DNA of 23,426 bases, from positions 124,001 to 147,426 of the forward strand of contig NGBS01000886.1 in NCBI GenBank assembly GCA_002245135.1, given 5' to 3'. The DNA comes from Proteromonas lacertae. Taxonomy: Eukaryota. The position numbers and the translations under genes are program-made. Shown one piece after another: positions 1 to 11,167 of the stretch (within the stretch, counting starts at the first letter, position 1; the number at the start of each line of letters is the position of its first letter). Under the pieces are notes generated by a model, which searched no databases, had not been told where the DNA came from, and saw nothing but the letters and a program-made list of their open reading frames with translations.

Positions 1-1074
1 CCACTTGTGGTGGTATTCAGTATAGTCATATTTTTAAATGTTTAATAGTCGTAACTTTCAACATACTGTTCAAGGTATCACAATGGTAAAGTTAACAATG
101 GATGATATAAAGAAGATTGAAGCTGGCGGTAATGAAAATGCAGCAAACAAATATTTAGCCGAATATGATGGTCAAATAAAGAAACCTACAAGTAGTTCAG
201 ACACAAATGCAGTAAATAGTTGGATAGAAGCAGTATTTGTAAATGAAAAATTCGTTAAAGGAGGTAGTAAGAAGAATAAGAAGGGAAAGAAGAAGCACGA
301 TTCAGATGATGATGATGATGATGACGATGATGATGATGAAGAGGAAGAAAAGCCAAGGAAAGGTAAGAAAGGTAAGAAGAGTAAGAAAGACGATTCAGAT
401 GATGATGATGACGATGATGAAGATGACAAACCAAAGAAAAAAGGAAAAGGCAAAAAAGGTAAGAAAGATGATTCAGATGATGATTCTGATGAATCTCCAA
501 AAGGAAGAAAAGAGAAGAAATCAAAAGGAAGTGCTTGGGACTTTGATGAAGATGATGATGATGCACCAAAGAAGAAAGGCAAAGGAAAGAAGGGTAAAAA
601 AGGAGGAGATGATGATGATGATGAAGATGACAAACCAAAGAAAAAAGGTAAAGGCAAGAAAGGAAAGAAGGATGAAGAGGAAGATGAAGATGATGAAGAT
701 GATAAGCCAAAGAAAAAAGGTAAAGGTAAGAAAGGTAAGGAAGAAGAATTACCTGAAGATGATGAAAGTGATAGTGAAGATGATAAACCAAAACCAAAAG
801 CTGTATCTCGTATAAAGACAAAGAGTCTTAAAGACCTTAAAAAGATGAAGAATAAAGGAGGTGATGATGATGATGATGAAGACGAAGATGATGCTCCTAA
901 AAAGGGTAAAGGAAAAGGTAAGAAAGGAAAGAAAGGAGGTGATTCAGATGAAGATGAAGATGATGAACCAAAGAAAGGAAAGAAAGGTAAAAAGAGAAAG
1001 AAACAAGATTCTGATTCAGATGAAGATGAAGATGATGAACCAAAGAAAGGCAAGAAAGGCCAAGAAAGGCAAAC

Positions 1075-1112
<38 letters not shown>

Positions 1113-1610
1113 AATGCCTTTGGAGATGATGATGCTGACTTTGGATTTGATGCACCAGCTGATGATGGTGGTGCTTCTGCAGGTGGACCTCCAGCTAAAA
1201 CAGCTGATGATTTAATGAATATGTTTGATGATTTATTACCACAACCAGCTCCACCAGCACCAGCAGCTGCTCCTCCTCCACCAGCTTATCCAGGATACCC
1301 ACCACAACCAGGTTATCCACCTCAACCTGGATATCCTCCACAACCTGGCTATCCACCAGCTCCAGGTTATCCACCAGCACCAGCATATCCAGGATATCCT
1401 CCACAACCAGGTTATCCACCACAAGCACCACCTGCAGCTCCACCAGCTGCTAATCCATTTGCTGCACCACCAAGAGCTCCTGCACCTGCTGCAAATCCTT
1501 TCGCTGCTGCTCCAAGAGCACCTGCTCCTGCTGCTAACCCATTCGCTGCAGCACCAGCTGCTCCAAGTAATCCATTCGCATCAGCTGGAACAAATAATCC
1601 ATTTGCATAA
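1..1610 (+). CDS. ArfGAP-domain protein (AGFG/Hrb-like), 5'-partial; charged low-complexity middle region, GYPPQP repeats and 5 C-terminal NPF motifs
   Basis: Removing intron 20-48 gives ...TCGGIHRNFQHTVQGITMVKLTMDDIKKIEAGGNENAANKYLA, matching the second half of the ArfGAP Zn finger (C..CSGIHR...V..I.M......GGN..A). ORF 38-1078 joins ORF 861-1610 if one extra C at ~1061 (ggc[c]aag) is removed, restoring KKGKKGKKGKH. TAA at 1608-1610. Confidence 0.85.
20..48 (+). other. Spliceosomal intron, 29 nt (GTATAG...AATAG)
   Basis: GT-AG and AT-rich; removal creates CA|T CGT = the conserved ArfGAP GIHR motif in frame with ORF 38-1078. Confidence 0.88.
269..1112 (+). repeat. Coding low-complexity array: 11 alternating basic (KGKKGKK) / acidic (poly-D/E) blocks, ending in (GAT)11 at 1077-1109
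   Basis: Read directly from translation; near-duplicated nucleotide units such as gattcagatgaagatgaagatgatgaaccaaagaaagg occur twice between 941 and 1050. Confidence 0.9.
1283..1607 (+). repeat. Coding repeats: (GYPPQP/GYPPAP)n followed by (RAPAPAANPFAA)-type NPF repeats
   Basis: Translation of ORF 861-1610; NPF codons start at 1452, 1494, 1536, 1569 and 1596. Confidence 0.9.
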
Positions 1611-1746
1611 AGTTTATATTTTATTATTATTATTATTTTTTTATGTAAATTTTTAATTAGTTTTTATGTGGAAAATAGTTATTTAAAATAATCCCTCCCC
1701 TAAAAAAACATGAAAAATAAACATAAATCTATTAATTATATTTGAA

Positions 1747-4700
1747 TTAACTGAAATTATCTTCTAAATCACCTTCATTTGCTTTATCTATATTAGCATC
1801 AGCTTCAACTGTAGTAAAATCTAAGAAGTGAGATGGTCTATGAGTTTCATTATAGAATTCTTTGGGAATATCTAATTTCAACGAGTATTTCATTTCATTC
1901 GAGAAACTAATACCAGTGAAATTATAATTCCATGACCTTTCTTCTGGTACTAAGAAACTACCCATAAACTTCTCACTCAATAATAATTGAGATTTTTCAT
2001 AAAATGATTTACTATAATTCTTATCATCTAATGTGGGAGTTTTAGTTTTCTTTGCCCATTCAATTCCACTCTTATTAATATGATAACAAGCAAAAGAACA
2101 AGAACCTGGTGTAAATGATACAGTTAATATAACAGCAGTATCAATATTCCATTCACTGAAATTCTCTAAGAAGTTCTTATGGGTAATAATATCAGAAGGT
2201 GGTAAGATTGTATTTTCAGTTGGTTGAGTATGAATCCAACCTAATGGTTCCATATCTTCTAATATTTCATGAGTTGGATATTGATCAGGAATCTTTACAC
2301 TGTTCTGAGTTCCCATTTGTGGTGGTAAAACAATACATCTAATCTCTTTCACTTTGTTATTATCTACAGGACTATAACCATAGATTAAACCACAAATCTC
2401 TGTTCTTGTATCAGCAATACATATAAACTTCTTTAATACATTCTTTGGCATGACATAAGTAAATCCTTGTTCCTGAACTTCATCTGAATTAATATAAATA
2501 TTATTTGTTCTTGTATATAAGTTACTATTCGCTCTAATTCTCCATTCAGTTCTACTAGCGAATGTATTTTGTTCATATCTACTGGTTGTTGTAACAATGA
2601 TTTCATCACCATGAATATTCGTTGTTTTAGTTGTAACAGCTGTTAATTGACTTTGTTCTTTGTTTTGTTCTTCAATTTCTGCGATTTGTTGTCTTTGTTG
2701 AGATGGTGGTGCTATTTCCATACCTAATATAATATCTCTCACTTCTGATTGAGTTAATGATGTTACATTCACATTATTCTTCTTACCATATGCTTCTAAT
2801 ACTAAATTCTTTAAATCAACTTCTACTTTAGACCATTCTTCATCTGTCAATGATGGCCAAGTATGATTTGGTTGTGTTATTACTGTTTTATCAGGTCTTA
2901 AATATATCTTTGTCTTTTCTGTACTAACATCAATAGCTCTTAATATTAATATCAATCTAGAGAATGCTGTATAACTTGATATTGATTTTAACCAATCATC
3001 ATAGATATTAAACATCACCATTTGTGGTTCTGTTGCTTTAGCAATCATATCTCTATATTTATCAACTTTAATACAAGCATGGAATGGTAATTGCATTTCA
3101 CTTCCTTTAATAACAATATTTGGGAAATCCAATAAATTCACTTCTAATGGATCTAACATACCTTTACGAGTAACTATAATCTGACGTGGTTGTTCTTCAA
3201 CAGGTAAACTACGAATCAATGCAGCAATTTCTTCAGCTGTTTTCCATTTAGCCAAAGAGGTTAAACGCTTTTGACCAGCCCAAACACTAGTATGAATGAT
3301 TTTCATATAGAATTGACCTGTTCTTGGGTTTAATATGAATATAGCACCATTTACTGGTGTAGTAGTGTAATTACCTTCAAATGTACGATGAACTGTAACT
3401 TTATACACAACTGAATCATCGACAAACCAAATGATTTGATTACTAAATAATTCACCATAATTCTGACTATTTAAATAAGGTTCAGTTGCTTCAGAACTAT
3501 ATAATTGTAAACCTTTTCTTATTCTTTCTCTTAATACAAATAGTGCAGGATTAGCTTTCATTATCTTTGATAAAGCTTGTTGGAATAATGTCTTAGAACC
3601 AGTAAACCAATTACCATAAGCAGAATATAAATTATACGCTAAATCAACAGCAATCATTACACCAGTAGCTGATGGATAAGTTGACATATTATCACTTGTA
3701 TAATCAAGGAACTTTGCTCTTGAATAACGTTCAATATCATGGGAATCATAATCACCCCATCTTAACTGAACATCTAACCAATATTTACTACTAACTGATG
3801 CATTGTATTCGTCTTTCTCATCTTTCAATAAACTGGGTGATGACATTCTCCACTTCTTACTTGCCATTAAGACAATATCTGCACAGGAACTATTCATTTT
3901 ATAACTCTTTCTTGGATGAATTGTTTCTTTTTGAACTGTTTCTATTTCTAAAGCATCTAATTCTTGATCAAATACTTGACATAAATCCATTACAATACCT
4001 TCATGAATCTTCTGCCATAAATGTGCTCTAAATATTTGAATTAATGATATTTTCAATGTTGGAATTTTACCATGCATAAATATACCAGTCAAATCCAATT
4101 GTACTTGGAATCCAACATATACATTGGCTCTATTAATAGTAGGTGACCACCATAATGTAAATCTTCTATTAGGAATTTGATTCAAACCTGATCTTTGAGC
4201 ATTTGTCAATTTCTTAAACTTCATACTTTCTTCAAAACCAGAGGCTTTTTCCCAGAATAAACCTTCCCAAGTGGGAAAATAAGTACCTTTAAATAATGTA
4301 TGTTCTAATATACCTTCTACACCACCTAATGCTTGAATCATATCAGTTCTATAATTATTCAAATTCCATAATTTACCATCATGTCGTTGATGCGTCCACC
4401 AGAATGGATTATGTCTTAATATTTGATACTTTTTGAAATCTGTTCTCACTCTCCATCCTTTATCATATGCTAATGTGTGTCTATCCTTCTGGAATAGTGT
4501 GTTAATACGTGGAATACCTCTATCCCACGAATCTTCTAAATCTTCTAATGTTAATCTTCGATTCTGTTCATTAGCTTCTTGTCTCTTTTGTGCATATTCT
4601 GCCCATACTCTTTGACTGTCTATAAACTCACTTTCCCATGGTTGGATGTAACGATATAATGTTGGAATTAATTGATCTTCTTCATGACTCATACCTATTC

Positions 4701-7700
4701 TGAAATTAGTCACTCCAGCATCAGTCTGACGTGAATATCTTAAATCACTTTGTGGTATTAATATATGTCCCATTGACAGTAATCCCAAACCTCCTAACTC
4801 TTTTGGTGTATAAAATACTACAGGTGGAAAACGACTTGGCATTTTACTGTTTAAACCAATCTTTATTCTTGTTTGGATTTTATTTTCACATTTTACCAAT
4901 AAATCTAATAATTCTGGTGTTGATATAACAGCTTCACGATAATAGGTCATTAATCCAATTAAAGCTGTATTCCATTTATTGGCAACTTTTGTAAATGTTG
5001 TTTGACCTGAAGACATTAATATTTGTCTAATTCTATTATCAAACTGTTTGATAGAAGCTTCATCAACTCGTAAGAAGGCTTGAGCTGTTCTTTCTTTAGT
5101 AGTTTGATTCTGTAATGACCATACACCATCTTTATTAATGAAATCAATATTATCTTGTCTACAACGAGGTAATATTCTTACTTCAAAACCACAAATATCA
5201 AATAAAAGATTTGGATTATCTTTACTGTAAACACATACAAAACTATTTTTCCATTCAAATGTAGTGATTGATCTTGGTAATCTATTCTTCATATCCCAGA
5301 AGACTGCTCTTCCTAAATTAACATCATGTTTCATTAATCTCATTCTACTATCTCTTGGCCAACATTTCTTGTTATTGTAACCGACTATATTTTCATTATT
5401 TGGATCAGGATTTTCAGTGAGATATCTTTGTATTAAATCTTTCGATTGTTCTTGTGTGAATTTGAATAAGATATACACTCTATCAATATATCTCATATAT
5501 AATCTAATAGGATGATTTACTTCTGTTTCTATATCTTTATAATTTAAGAAATCGTTTGGTAACTGTGGAGGACCTGCAATTTCAGCTGCTCTTCTCAAGC
5601 CAAGTAATAATATATCAATTACTAAACCATAATATTGATATACGAATGATGCAAATTGTAAACCACGAATTAAACCATAACTATTAGTATGTGACATATC
5701 TTTAAATGATAATATTATATTATTCTTTGCTGTAATATAATCAGCCAAATTCTGATCCATTATTAATCTTAACAAGAAATTCAACATTGTTAAATCAATC
5801 TTTTCATAAATCATTTCTAAGGATGATTCCATTAATACTAAACACTCACCATTTTCAGTTTCCCATATCTTTTCCAAGTTATTAATTCCTTGACAGTATT
5901 TATATACTAATAATGGAGGTGGTTCACTATCACTTGGTTTTATCCAATTAGGGAATAATCTCCTCTTTTCACTTTCATACCATAAATATTGATCTAAATA
6001 AGCATCAGTGATCTTTTCTCTTGGATCTATCTCATATACTGGTAATAAATGTGAATACATATCCATAAACTGAATTCCAACTTCTTTGAATGTTCTTTGA
6101 GCTAATAATTCACGTTTTATTCTTGTCAATGCTTCATTAGAATTATCATAAGCAGCTTCAATCAATCCTAATTCTTCCCTTTGAGTTTGATTCAATCGAT
6201 TATTCACACCTAAATTCTCCTTCAATCTTTCTAATGCTAATATCAATAATTTAGTATCATGTTTATAACTTGTAGGTGGGAATGGAATTGGACTGAAATG
6301 TCTACTTTCTAACCAATGTACTACGGCTGTATGTATTGCTTGACCTTCTTCTGTGGATATATATGGTCCATCTTTACTATAATTCTGTTGTCTTCCTTGT
6401 TCTGATTTTAAGAATAATCTTGTCAATCTACCAAGGTTCTTTTTGACTACAGTCTTATCTACTGTAGCACCTCTACTGATTCTTTCTCGATTATAATGAG
6501 CTACACTTGTCCACCAATCAGCTTTTGCTTTTACATATCTTAATATCATATTCTCTACTGGTTCTGGTAATCCAGGTACTTTCCAAGGTATATTAGCTTT
6601 CCAACATCTCCAAGCTTCACTCAAATGCTGCATAATTGTTCTACTTTTATTAGCTTTGACACTTTCAGGCATCATATCAATAATATCATGTAGAACTGAT
6701 GCTCTTAATTCTAAATCATAATGAGAATCAACTCTTTGTTTTGTTACAGTTTTAGCAATGACTTTATTCTGTCTACCTTCAAATTGACGTGCTAATAAAT
6801 TACCTAACCATCCTTCAATCACTGGCACCATTCCTCGTAAGAAGAATAACCAAACTCTCCAACCTGGTGCCCAAAAACCAACACCAGGTCCTTTTCCCAC
6901 TGAACCAGTATTGAAACGGTAATATATTAAATGTTTTAAATCTTTACACATTCGAACTTGTCTCATTAATCGATATTTATATCGATACATACCAGTCAAT
7001 TGACCAACATGAGAGAATATATAGTGTAAACCATCAGCTAATTGGAATGCATCAATATTATTAACTCGATATTGAACATGAGAATCTACTATTAATTTAG
7101 TCATTCTTAATATTTCTCTAATTAAATGGAATGAATTACCAAATCTTGACTTCTTTCTTTCTTTAGTAGTTAATGTCTTAGTTGGTTTCAAATTGAAGTT
7201 ATAATCTAAATGCAAATAATTCAAATTCTTTCTATGAATCAATAAATTCAACATATTATAACCTTGTCTTATCACTTGTAAACCAACTTCAACCCAATCT
7301 AATGTAGTTGATTGGAAAAACTTTGTATTTTGTAATGACCTCAATAATGATCTTTTCTTCATTGATTTAGGTTTACGATGATGTAATTGATTTAATACCC
7401 AACACTTTAACAGTTTCTGGTATGACACTCTTACTTTGACTGGATATTCTGGATCACAATGTTCATGATACCATCCATTCACTAATGGTACATCAATACA
7501 TCTACGCATTCTACCTGTTCTTTCATTGAATGGGAATGGACTGTGATAAAGTGAGATTGCATCTGTTGTTTTGGAAGTATAGAGTGGATAATCTGAGAGA
7601 ATTGGTTCAATATTCTCAGGTAAGGTAAAATCTAAATCATCTTCATCCATTTCGATTTCTACTTCACTGTAGGTACTATCAGATCGGAATGCTGAGATTG

Positions 7701-8829
7701 GCTGTATAATTGGATCGAAGTAATAAGTTGGCATATCTGGATCTTCTGTTTTTACATAACATGATGATGGATAATGATAATAGGGAATGGCGACTTTTCT
7801 TGGACGATTATTGTATAAGAATGGATATGCTATTTTATATTCTGTTGAAATTATCCTTCTGAATATGATTTTATTAATATCGTTAAATTCATTCCAATCT
7901 TCTTCATCTTCATTTTCTCGGTATAACGGTTCAAATTTTGGACCACCAGGAATTGCCATATTCAACGCTTTAGCTGTAAAAAATGATTTCTTATCAAATA
8001 AATAGAAATAATTTGGATCAGTCAAATCACTAATTAATTGACTTGCAAAACGGTACAATGTTCCTAATATTTCTACTGGTAATCTCCAAGTACGATAACT
8101 ACTACCATTAACATATTTAGTGTTGATTAATGGCTTATTATTATAAAACCAACCAATTACATCTTTATCATCTTCAGGATCTAATTCCATTCTGATAGCT
8201 TCGAGTGGTGGTGTGTCTAATATATTATCACCATAATCTAATGCAGGTTCTTCATCATCAAATGGTGGGAATCTCATTCTTTTGAAATGCTTTCGATCTC
8301 TCTTTTCTCTTCTCATCATTATCCACATTGTACCCCATTGAGCACGGTATACTGGCTCTATTACAAAGGGAACTTCATTTACAAATGTAATTGCACCTGT
8401 TACATGATATAATACTTTGACATTTCTGATTTGTTCCCAAGGCATTGGCATGTTTTCTAATAATTTCAAGATGGAGTGTGGCACATATTTCAATGCACCT
8501 AAATATACTCTTCGATCATTTCTGAATTTCTTACTGCTCATATCCCCATGATCTTTAATGATTTTCCTGCAATGCTCAGGTGGCATTTCTTCTTTCTGAG
8601 TGCTGACATGACCAAATTTTCTACTTTTACCAAAACGCTTTGATCTTAATTGCTGCCATCTTTTTGCTTTATCAATCAATTGATGTTCCATCATTTGTTC
8701 CATTACACGTTGTCCTTCTTCATAATTCGATGTGGGAGCACCAGGTGGTGCATTTCCAGGTCTTGGTGGTTGTGAAAATACTGGAGTACTTTCAGAATAA
8801 CCTCCTTGATTTGGCTGTTGTGAATTCAT
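1747..8829 (-). CDS. PRP8: Pre-mRNA-processing-splicing factor 8 (U5 snRNP), 2360 aa, single exon, no intein
   Basis: Unmistakable Prp8 motifs along the full length ([56 protein letters not shown], Jab1/MPN GWIHTQP, HRPSHFL). First ATG is at 8829 (the track's 8832 is TTG); stop TAA at 1749-1747. Confidence 0.99.
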   Translation of the reverse strand: MNSQQPNQGGYSESTPVFSQPPRPGNAPPGAPTSNYEEGQRVMEQMMEHQLIDKAKRWQQLRSKRFGKSRKFGHVSTQKEEMPPEHCRKIIKDHGDMSSKKFRNDRRVYLGALKYVPHSILKLLENMPMPWEQIRNVKVLYHVTGAITFVNEVPFVIEPVYRAQWGTMWIMMRREKRDRKHFKRMRFPPFDDEEPALDYGDNILDTPPLEAIRMELDPEDDKDVIGWFYNNKPLINTKYVNGSSYRTWRLPVEILGTLYRFASQLISDLTDPNYFYLFDKKSFFTAKALNMAIPGGPKFEPLYRENEDEEDWNEFNDINKIIFRRIISTEYKIAYPFLYNNRPRKVAIPYYHYPSSCYVKTEDPDMPTYYFDPIIQPISAFRSDSTYSEVEIEMDEDDLDFTLPENIEPILSDYPLYTSKTTDAISLYHSPFPFNERTGRMRRCIDVPLVNGWYHEHCDPEYPVKVRVSYQKLLKCWVLNQLHHRKPKSMKKRSLLRSLQNTKFFQSTTLDWVEVGLQVIRQGYNMLNLLIHRKNLNYLHLDYNFNLKPTKTLTTKERKKSRFGNSFHLIREILRMTKLIVDSHVQYRVNNIDAFQLADGLHYIFSHVGQLTGMYRYKYRLMRQVRMCKDLKHLIYYRFNTGSVGKGPGVGFWAPGWRVWLFFLRGMVPVIEGWLGNLLARQFEGRQNKVIAKTVTKQRVDSHYDLELRASVLHDIIDMMPESVKANKSRTIMQHLSEAWRCWKANIPWKVPGLPEPVENMILRYVKAKADWWTSVAHYNRERISRGATVDKTVVKKNLGRLTRLFLKSEQGRQQNYSKDGPYISTEEGQAIHTAVVHWLESRHFSPIPFPPTSYKHDTKLLILALERLKENLGVNNRLNQTQREELGLIEAAYDNSNEALTRIKRELLAQRTFKEVGIQFMDMYSHLLPVYEIDPREKITDAYLDQYLWYESEKRRLFPNWIKPSDSEPPPLLVYKYCQGINNLEKIWETENGECLVLMESSLEMIYEKIDLTMLNFLLRLIMDQNLADYITAKNNIILSFKDMSHTNSYGLIRGLQFASFVYQYYGLVIDILLLGLRRAAEIAGPPQLPNDFLNYKDIETEVNHPIRLYMRYIDRVYILFKFTQEQSKDLIQRYLTENPDPNNENIVGYNNKKCWPRDSRMRLMKHDVNLGRAVFWDMKNRLPRSITTFEWKNSFVCVYSKDNPNLLFDICGFEVRILPRCRQDNIDFINKDGVWSLQNQTTKERTAQAFLRVDEASIKQFDNRIRQILMSSGQTTFTKVANKWNTALIGLMTYYREAVISTPELLDLLVKCENKIQTRIKIGLNSKMPSRFPPVVFYTPKELGGLGLLSMGHILIPQSDLRYSRQTDAGVTNFRIGMSHEEDQLIPTLYRYIQPWESEFIDSQRVWAEYAQKRQEANEQNRRLTLEDLEDSWDRGIPRINTLFQKDRHTLAYDKGWRVRTDFKKYQILRHNPFWWTHQRHDGKLWNLNNYRTDMIQALGGVEGILEHTLFKGTYFPTWEGLFWEKASGFEESMKFKKLTNAQRSGLNQIPNRRFTLWWSPTINRANVYVGFQVQLDLTGIFMHGKIPTLKISLIQIFRAHLWQKIHEGIVMDLCQVFDQELDALEIETVQKETIHPRKSYKMNSSCADIVLMASKKWRMSSPSLLKDEKDEYNASVSSKYWLDVQLRWGDYDSHDIERYSRAKFLDYTSDNMSTYPSATGVMIAVDLAYNLYSAYGNWFTGSKTLFQQALSKIMKANPALFVLRERIRKGLQLYSSEATEPYLNSQNYGELFSNQIIWFVDDSVVYKVTVHRTFEGNYTTTPVNGAIFILNPRTGQFYMKIIHTSVWAGQKRLTSLAKWKTAEEIAALIRSLPVEEQPRQIIVTRKGMLDPLEVNLLDFPNIVIKGSEMQLPFHACIKVDKYRDMIAKATEPQMVMFNIYDDWLKSISSYTAFSRLILILRAIDVSTEKTKIYLRPDKTVITQPNHTWPSLTDEEWSKVEVDLKNLVLEAYGKKNNVNVTSLTQSEVRDIILGMEIAPPSQQRQQIAEIEEQNKEQSQLTAVTTKTTNIHGDEIIVTTTSRYEQNTFASRTEWRIRANSNLYTRTNNIYINSDEVQEQGFTYVMPKNVLKKFICIADTRTEICGLIYGYSPVDNNKVKEIRCIVLPPQMGTQNSVKIPDQYPTHEILEDMEPLGWIHTQPTENTILPPSDIITHKNFLENFSEWNIDTAVILTVSFTPGSCSFACYHINKSGIEWAKKTKTPTLDDKNYSKSFYEKSQLLLSEKFMGSFLVPEERSWNYNFTGISFSNEMKYSLKLDIPKEFYNETHRPSHFLDFTTVEADANIDKANEGDLEDNFS

Positions 8830-9180
8830 CAATTAAAATAATCTAATTCAGATGAAATTTAGATTAAAATAAAAGTCAAATGAAAAACACAACAAATCCT
8901 TTTCAAATCAAAATATCATTTTAAATTCTTATTTAAATCTCAAGCCGATTTTGTTGTGATTATTTAAACGAATAACTTTTTAGTAATGTAAAAACGTGTT
9001 ATAGAATAGATTATAAGATTATTTACTATGCAATTCACATTGATATATGAATATCTATTTCCATAAACACTTATTAAGTATTAGATATTTAATGAATGCG
9101 ATTAAAATTGTGTATTTATGATAATTTCTGGTAAAATCTCCACCATCACAAATCATTATATATAACAATAATAAAATTAC

Positions 9181-9420
9181 TTAGACTCTCTTATGAACCA
9201 CTTTACCTTCAGGAATTAAATGAGGTGGGTATGGATATGTAAGTTTCTTGATGTGATTATGACTCATCTTCATAGCAATTGGCTTTGCAAACGGATAAAG
9301 AACAACAGAACCAACAGAGAGACTTAAACTTAAAAATACGACTAAAAATATAATCTTGAGTAATATACATGGAGTATTATCGAAGCATCTTCTAGCAGCG
9401 TTTGTGAATGCACCTAACAT
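9181..9420 (-). CDS. Small single-TM protein (~70 aa after splicing), probable NADH dehydrogenase (complex I) accessory subunit NDUFA3/B9/NI9M-like
   Basis: Exons 9420-9369 and 9341-9181 give MLGAFTNAARRCFDNTPFVFLSLSLSVGSVVLYPFAKPIAMKMSHNHIKKLTYPYPPHLIPEGKVVHKRV. Pattern recalls NDUFA3: amphipathic N-helix, D..P, S-containing TM helix ending in P, then (T/N)YPxP. Family call from memory. Confidence 0.6.
   Translation of the reverse strand: MLGAFTNAARRCFDNTPCILLKIIFLVVFLSLSLSVGSVVLYPFAKPIAMKMSHNHIKKLTYPYPPHLIPEGKVVHKRV
9342..9368 (-). other. Spliceosomal intron, 27 nt, in-frame and stop-free (GTATAT...TTTAG)
   Basis: Same GTATA donor and T-rich TAG acceptor as the other introns; the ORF track reads through it as CILLKIIFLV. 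Confidence 0.75.
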
Positions 9421-9530
9421 CTTCTTCACCTAAGAAAATAAAAATAAACTCTTTGAATGAATTCAAACTTGTTTGATAGATTATAACGGATTTATTTTCA
9501 AATTAATTTTGAAAATATATAAATTTCTCG
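9421..9530. promoter_or_regulatory. 110-bp bidirectional promoter region with palindromic TTTGAA/TTCAAA elements
   Basis: Head-to-head ATGs at 9420(-) and 9531(+). Inverted repeats tttgaat-ga-attcaaa (9452-9467) and tattttcaaa-ttaat-tttgaaaata (9493-9517). Confidence 0.5.
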
Positions 9531-11035
9531 ATGAATACAGGAGGTATACTATTTTGATATTTATAATGTGCATATAGTATCAGAAATATATATCACAAAC
9601 TTAAGTTTGATGGCAACAGAAGTAGATTTGATGAACATCTTCTCAGTTTATGGTAATTTGTTGGTTGCCAAAATATTAAGAGAACCAAATGGTGTAAATA
9701 ATGGAACCGCAGTGATTGGATTTGATAATGTGCTTGTTTCGCAACAAGTTGTCAATAGTTTTGAAGGGTTTATGATATACGAAAAACAAATACATTTGGA
9801 GTTATTGACTGGAAAAAGTCCAGTTGTGTATATAAGCAATTTAAAGAAATCATGGAATTGTAAAATGGTTCAAGATTTATTAGTAAATGCATTTTCAACG
9901 ATAATGAAAGTGAATGTATTAGATGATCCTAAAGGGCAAGGAAGAAATAGAGGTTATTGCTTTGCCACGTTCGATACTTTAGCAAATGCACAGAATTCAA
10001 TGTATACTATCAATTCAGAAGGTTATAAAATTGGTGGACAAAAATTAACAGCCAATTGGGCTGATACACAATCCGATTTTGAAGATGAAGAATCATTAAA
10101 TGTATTTATTAATAATTTAAAATCTTTTATTTTTTGTATAGAAGAAAGTGATATTCGTAAAAGGAATAACATTCAATATAAATGAAGATGATTTAAGAGC
10201 ATTATTCTCTCAATATGGTTTTGTAGAATCAGTAATATTATCACGAAATCTACCAAATGTACAAAGAGATGATTATGCTTTTGTTAATTTCCATTCAGAA
10301 TATGAAGCTGATTCTGCTATTAAACACTTACAAGGTGTTTATTTTCATTCAATACCACTAGATTTATCATATGCCAGAAAAACTGATTCTGAATCTAAGA
10401 AAATAAGATCACAAATTACTGCATGTCTTTCTAATACTTCATCTTTTATAAATAACTCTTCAAATAATAATAATAAAAATACTTCTACAACTACTTCAAC
10501 AACAACAACTACTACTACTACTAAACCAGCAATTGTACCATCTCCATTATATAAAACACAGTTATGTAGACACTTTATGGCTAAAGGATTTTGTAAAATT
10601 GGAGCATTATGCCAATATGCTCATGGTGAGAAAGAGTTAAGGGAATATGGATATAATGTTGTTAAAATGCCTATGATTGGTCCAACTTTACCATCATCTA
10701 CAGATATAAATGAATCAAATAATAAAACTAGTGAAGATAAACATATAAATAAAAAAGAAGAAGAAGAAGATAGTATTTCTAACGCAAATAATAATTCTTA
10801 TTCAGATACAACAAATCTTCAAAATTATGGTTATATTTGGGATAATAAAACACAATCATGGAAGTTTGATTCAGTTAATAGTATTATTATTAATAAAAAT
10901 ACAGATGTACCTCCTCCTGAAGATGTTACTACTGTTGGAATTGATTTACCTCTACCTTCTGCAGAAACTGAAATTGGCACATTTTTACCACTTCCTAAAC
11001 CTCAGAAGAAGAAAAAATCTAGAAAGAGTAAATAA
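9531..11035 (+). CDS. RNA-binding protein with three RRMs (hnRNP R/Q-like RRM2-3) and one TIS11-type CCCH zinc finger, ~476 aa
   Basis: Exons 9531-9543, 9578-10101 and 10142-11035 join ORFs 9568-10185 and 10148-11035 in frame. RNP motifs IYITNL, VYISNL/NRGYCFATF/TANWAD, IFVKGI/DYAFVNF; YKTQLC-x8-C-x5-C-x3-H at ~10550-10642; basic C-terminus KKKKSRKSK. Confidence 0.88.
9544..9577 (+). other. Spliceosomal intron, 34 nt (GTATAC...TATAG)
   Basis: Links ATG 9531 in frame to RRM1 (MNTGVSEIYITNL). Confidence 0.8.
10102..10141 (+). other. Spliceosomal intron, 40 nt (GTATTT...TATAG)
   Basis: Explains the frame change between the two RRM ORFs (EESLN|KKVIFVKGI). Confidence 0.88.
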
Positions 11036-11167
11036 GTTATAAATAAATAGTGTATAATAGGTATTTTTTTTCTTTTTTTATTTTTTTGTGTTTCAAACGA
11101 ATATATTTTTACTATATTTGAAACAGTTATTTTTTCTTTCTTAGTTTGTAGATTAGTAATTTAAAAA

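Noticed and set aside
172..1155. Long antisense and alternative-frame ORFs (poly-Ser, poly-His, poly-Met; 172-1155, 243-815, 255-821)
   Set aside because: Shadows of GAT/AAG low-complexity codons in the ArfGAP gene; no independent coding signal.
1195..1656. ORFs 1195-1443, 1225-1656 and 1236-1424
   Set aside because: Alternative-frame readings of the CCA/GCT-rich proline-alanine repeats.
4228..4260. Possible PRP8 intein
   Set aside because: The classic fungal insertion site [11 protein letters not shown] is uninterrupted, and the 2360-aa length leaves no room for an intein elsewhere.
3798..8846. Small plus-strand ORFs inside PRP8 (3798, 4433, 4731, 7787, 8640)
   Set aside because: Short antisense ORFs to a highly conserved CDS with no recognisable motifs.
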